A stretch of 64,000 bases of DNA from Octopus vulgaris (lineage: Eukaryota), in the NCBI GenBank assembly GCA_951406725.2, contig OX597824.1:47864001-47928000 (forward strand), read 5' to 3'. The translations under genes were made by a program, and so were the position numbers. Below are positions 62,817 through 64,000 of this stretch, piece after piece. A model generated the notes under the pieces. The model ran no database searches and was not told the origin of the DNA. It worked only from the letters and a program-made list of their open reading frames with translations. Position 1 is the first letter of the stretch. Each line of letters opens with the position of its first letter.

Positions 62817-63921
62817 AACATCATCATCATCATCATCATCATCATTTAGCGTCCGTTTTCCATGCTAGCATGGGTTGGACGGTTCTACTGGGGTCTGTGA
62901 AGCCAGAAGGCTTCATCAGGCCCAGTCAAATCTGGCAGTGTTTCTACGGCTGGATGCCCTTCCTAACGCCAACCACTCCGTGAGTGTAGTGGGTGCTTTT
63001 TACGTGCCACCCGCACTGGTGCCAGACAGAGCTGGCAAACGGCCACGAACGGATGGTGCTTTTTATGTGCCACCGGCACGAGGGCCAGGCGAGGCTGGCA
63101 ACGGACACGAAACGGGGCGGTGCTGGCAACGGTCGCGAAACGGAAAGTTCTCTTACATGCCACCAGCACTGGTAACACATCTGCAATTTCCATTGATCGA
63201 TTTCGATTCTGATCCTCACTTGCCTCAATGGGTCTTCACAAGCAGAGTTTCGACATGCCACTGGCACTGGTAGCACATCCGCAATTTCCATTGATCGATT
63301 TCGATTCTGATCCTCACTTGCCTCAACACGTCTTCACAAGTAGAGTTTTGTGTCCCAAGAAGGGAAGGTATGCATACGTAGGCTGGCTCCATCCCATGTA
63401 GAAGGCCACGGGTTGTGGACTCACTTGTCCTGCCGGGTCTTCTCGCGCACAGCACACTTCCAGAGGTCTCGGTCTCTAGTCATTTCCTCAGTGAGACCTA
63501 AAGTTCGAAGGTCGTGCTTCACCACCTCGTCCCAGGTTTTCCTGGGTCTGCCTCTTCCACAGGTTCCCTCAACCGCTAGGGTGTGGCACTTTTTCACACA
63601 ACTATCTTCATCCATTCTCGCCACATGACCATACCAGCGCAAACGTCTCTCTTGCACACCACAACTGATGCTTCTTAGGTCCAGCTTTTCTCTCAGGGTA
63701 CTTACACTCTGCCGAGTGTGAGTACCGGCATTACACATCCATCGGAGCATACTGGCTTCATTTCTAGCGAGCTTACGCATATCCTCAGCAGTCACGGCCC
63801 ATGTTTCACTGCCATGTAGCATGGCTGTTCGTACACACGCATCATACAGTCTGCCTTTCACTCTGTGCGAGAGGCCTTTTGTCACCAGCAGAGGTAAGAG
63901 CTCTCTGAACTTTGCCCAAGC
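62817..63921 (-). mobile_element. 5'-truncated RTE-clade LINE (ORF C-terminus 63421-63921 plus complete 3' UTR)
   Basis: MLHGSETW, RRLRWYGHVARM, GRGRPRKTW; UTR with tandem repeats and (atg)n tail. Confidence 0.9.
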
Positions 63922-64000
63922 TAATTTAGAAATTAAAAGTCGAAAACCGACCGACCGACTTTTTGCTGTGTATAACTTCTGTTCATATTACGAATGTAGC

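Overview
AT-rich, intron-containing eukaryotic DNA, not prokaryotic. The repeat content (tRNA-SINEs, RTE 3' ends with (ATG)n tails, dense (TA)n/(CA)n microsatellites) suggests an octopus/cephalopod; this is an inference. I reconstructed two spliced minus-strand genes by hand from GT-AG sites and phase continuity. (1) The 5' part of a NuMA-like gene: six coding exons, 11270->2900, an N-terminal CH/Hook-type domain, continuing past the left edge. (2) An unrecognised coiled-coil gene: seven exons, 46976->33426, partly built by tandem duplication of a phase 1-1 exon and possibly ending in a hydrophobic tail anchor. The rest is mostly transposons. These include a near-complete Gypsy-type LTR element (22978-27182), a 5'-truncated CR1-type LINE with an uninterrupted RT ORF, a MULE carrying a nested Buster-type hAT, and Tc1/mariner elements (DD36E, DD37D and mariner-type). 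There are also Penelope-like remnants with two decayed hammerhead ribozymes, Helitron ends, MITEs and SINEs, plus a 100-N gap at 44238-44337. I found no convincing wholly new biological system. The strongest leads are the coiled-coil gene, the LTR element's non-canonical primer site and the modular RTE 3' UTR repeats.
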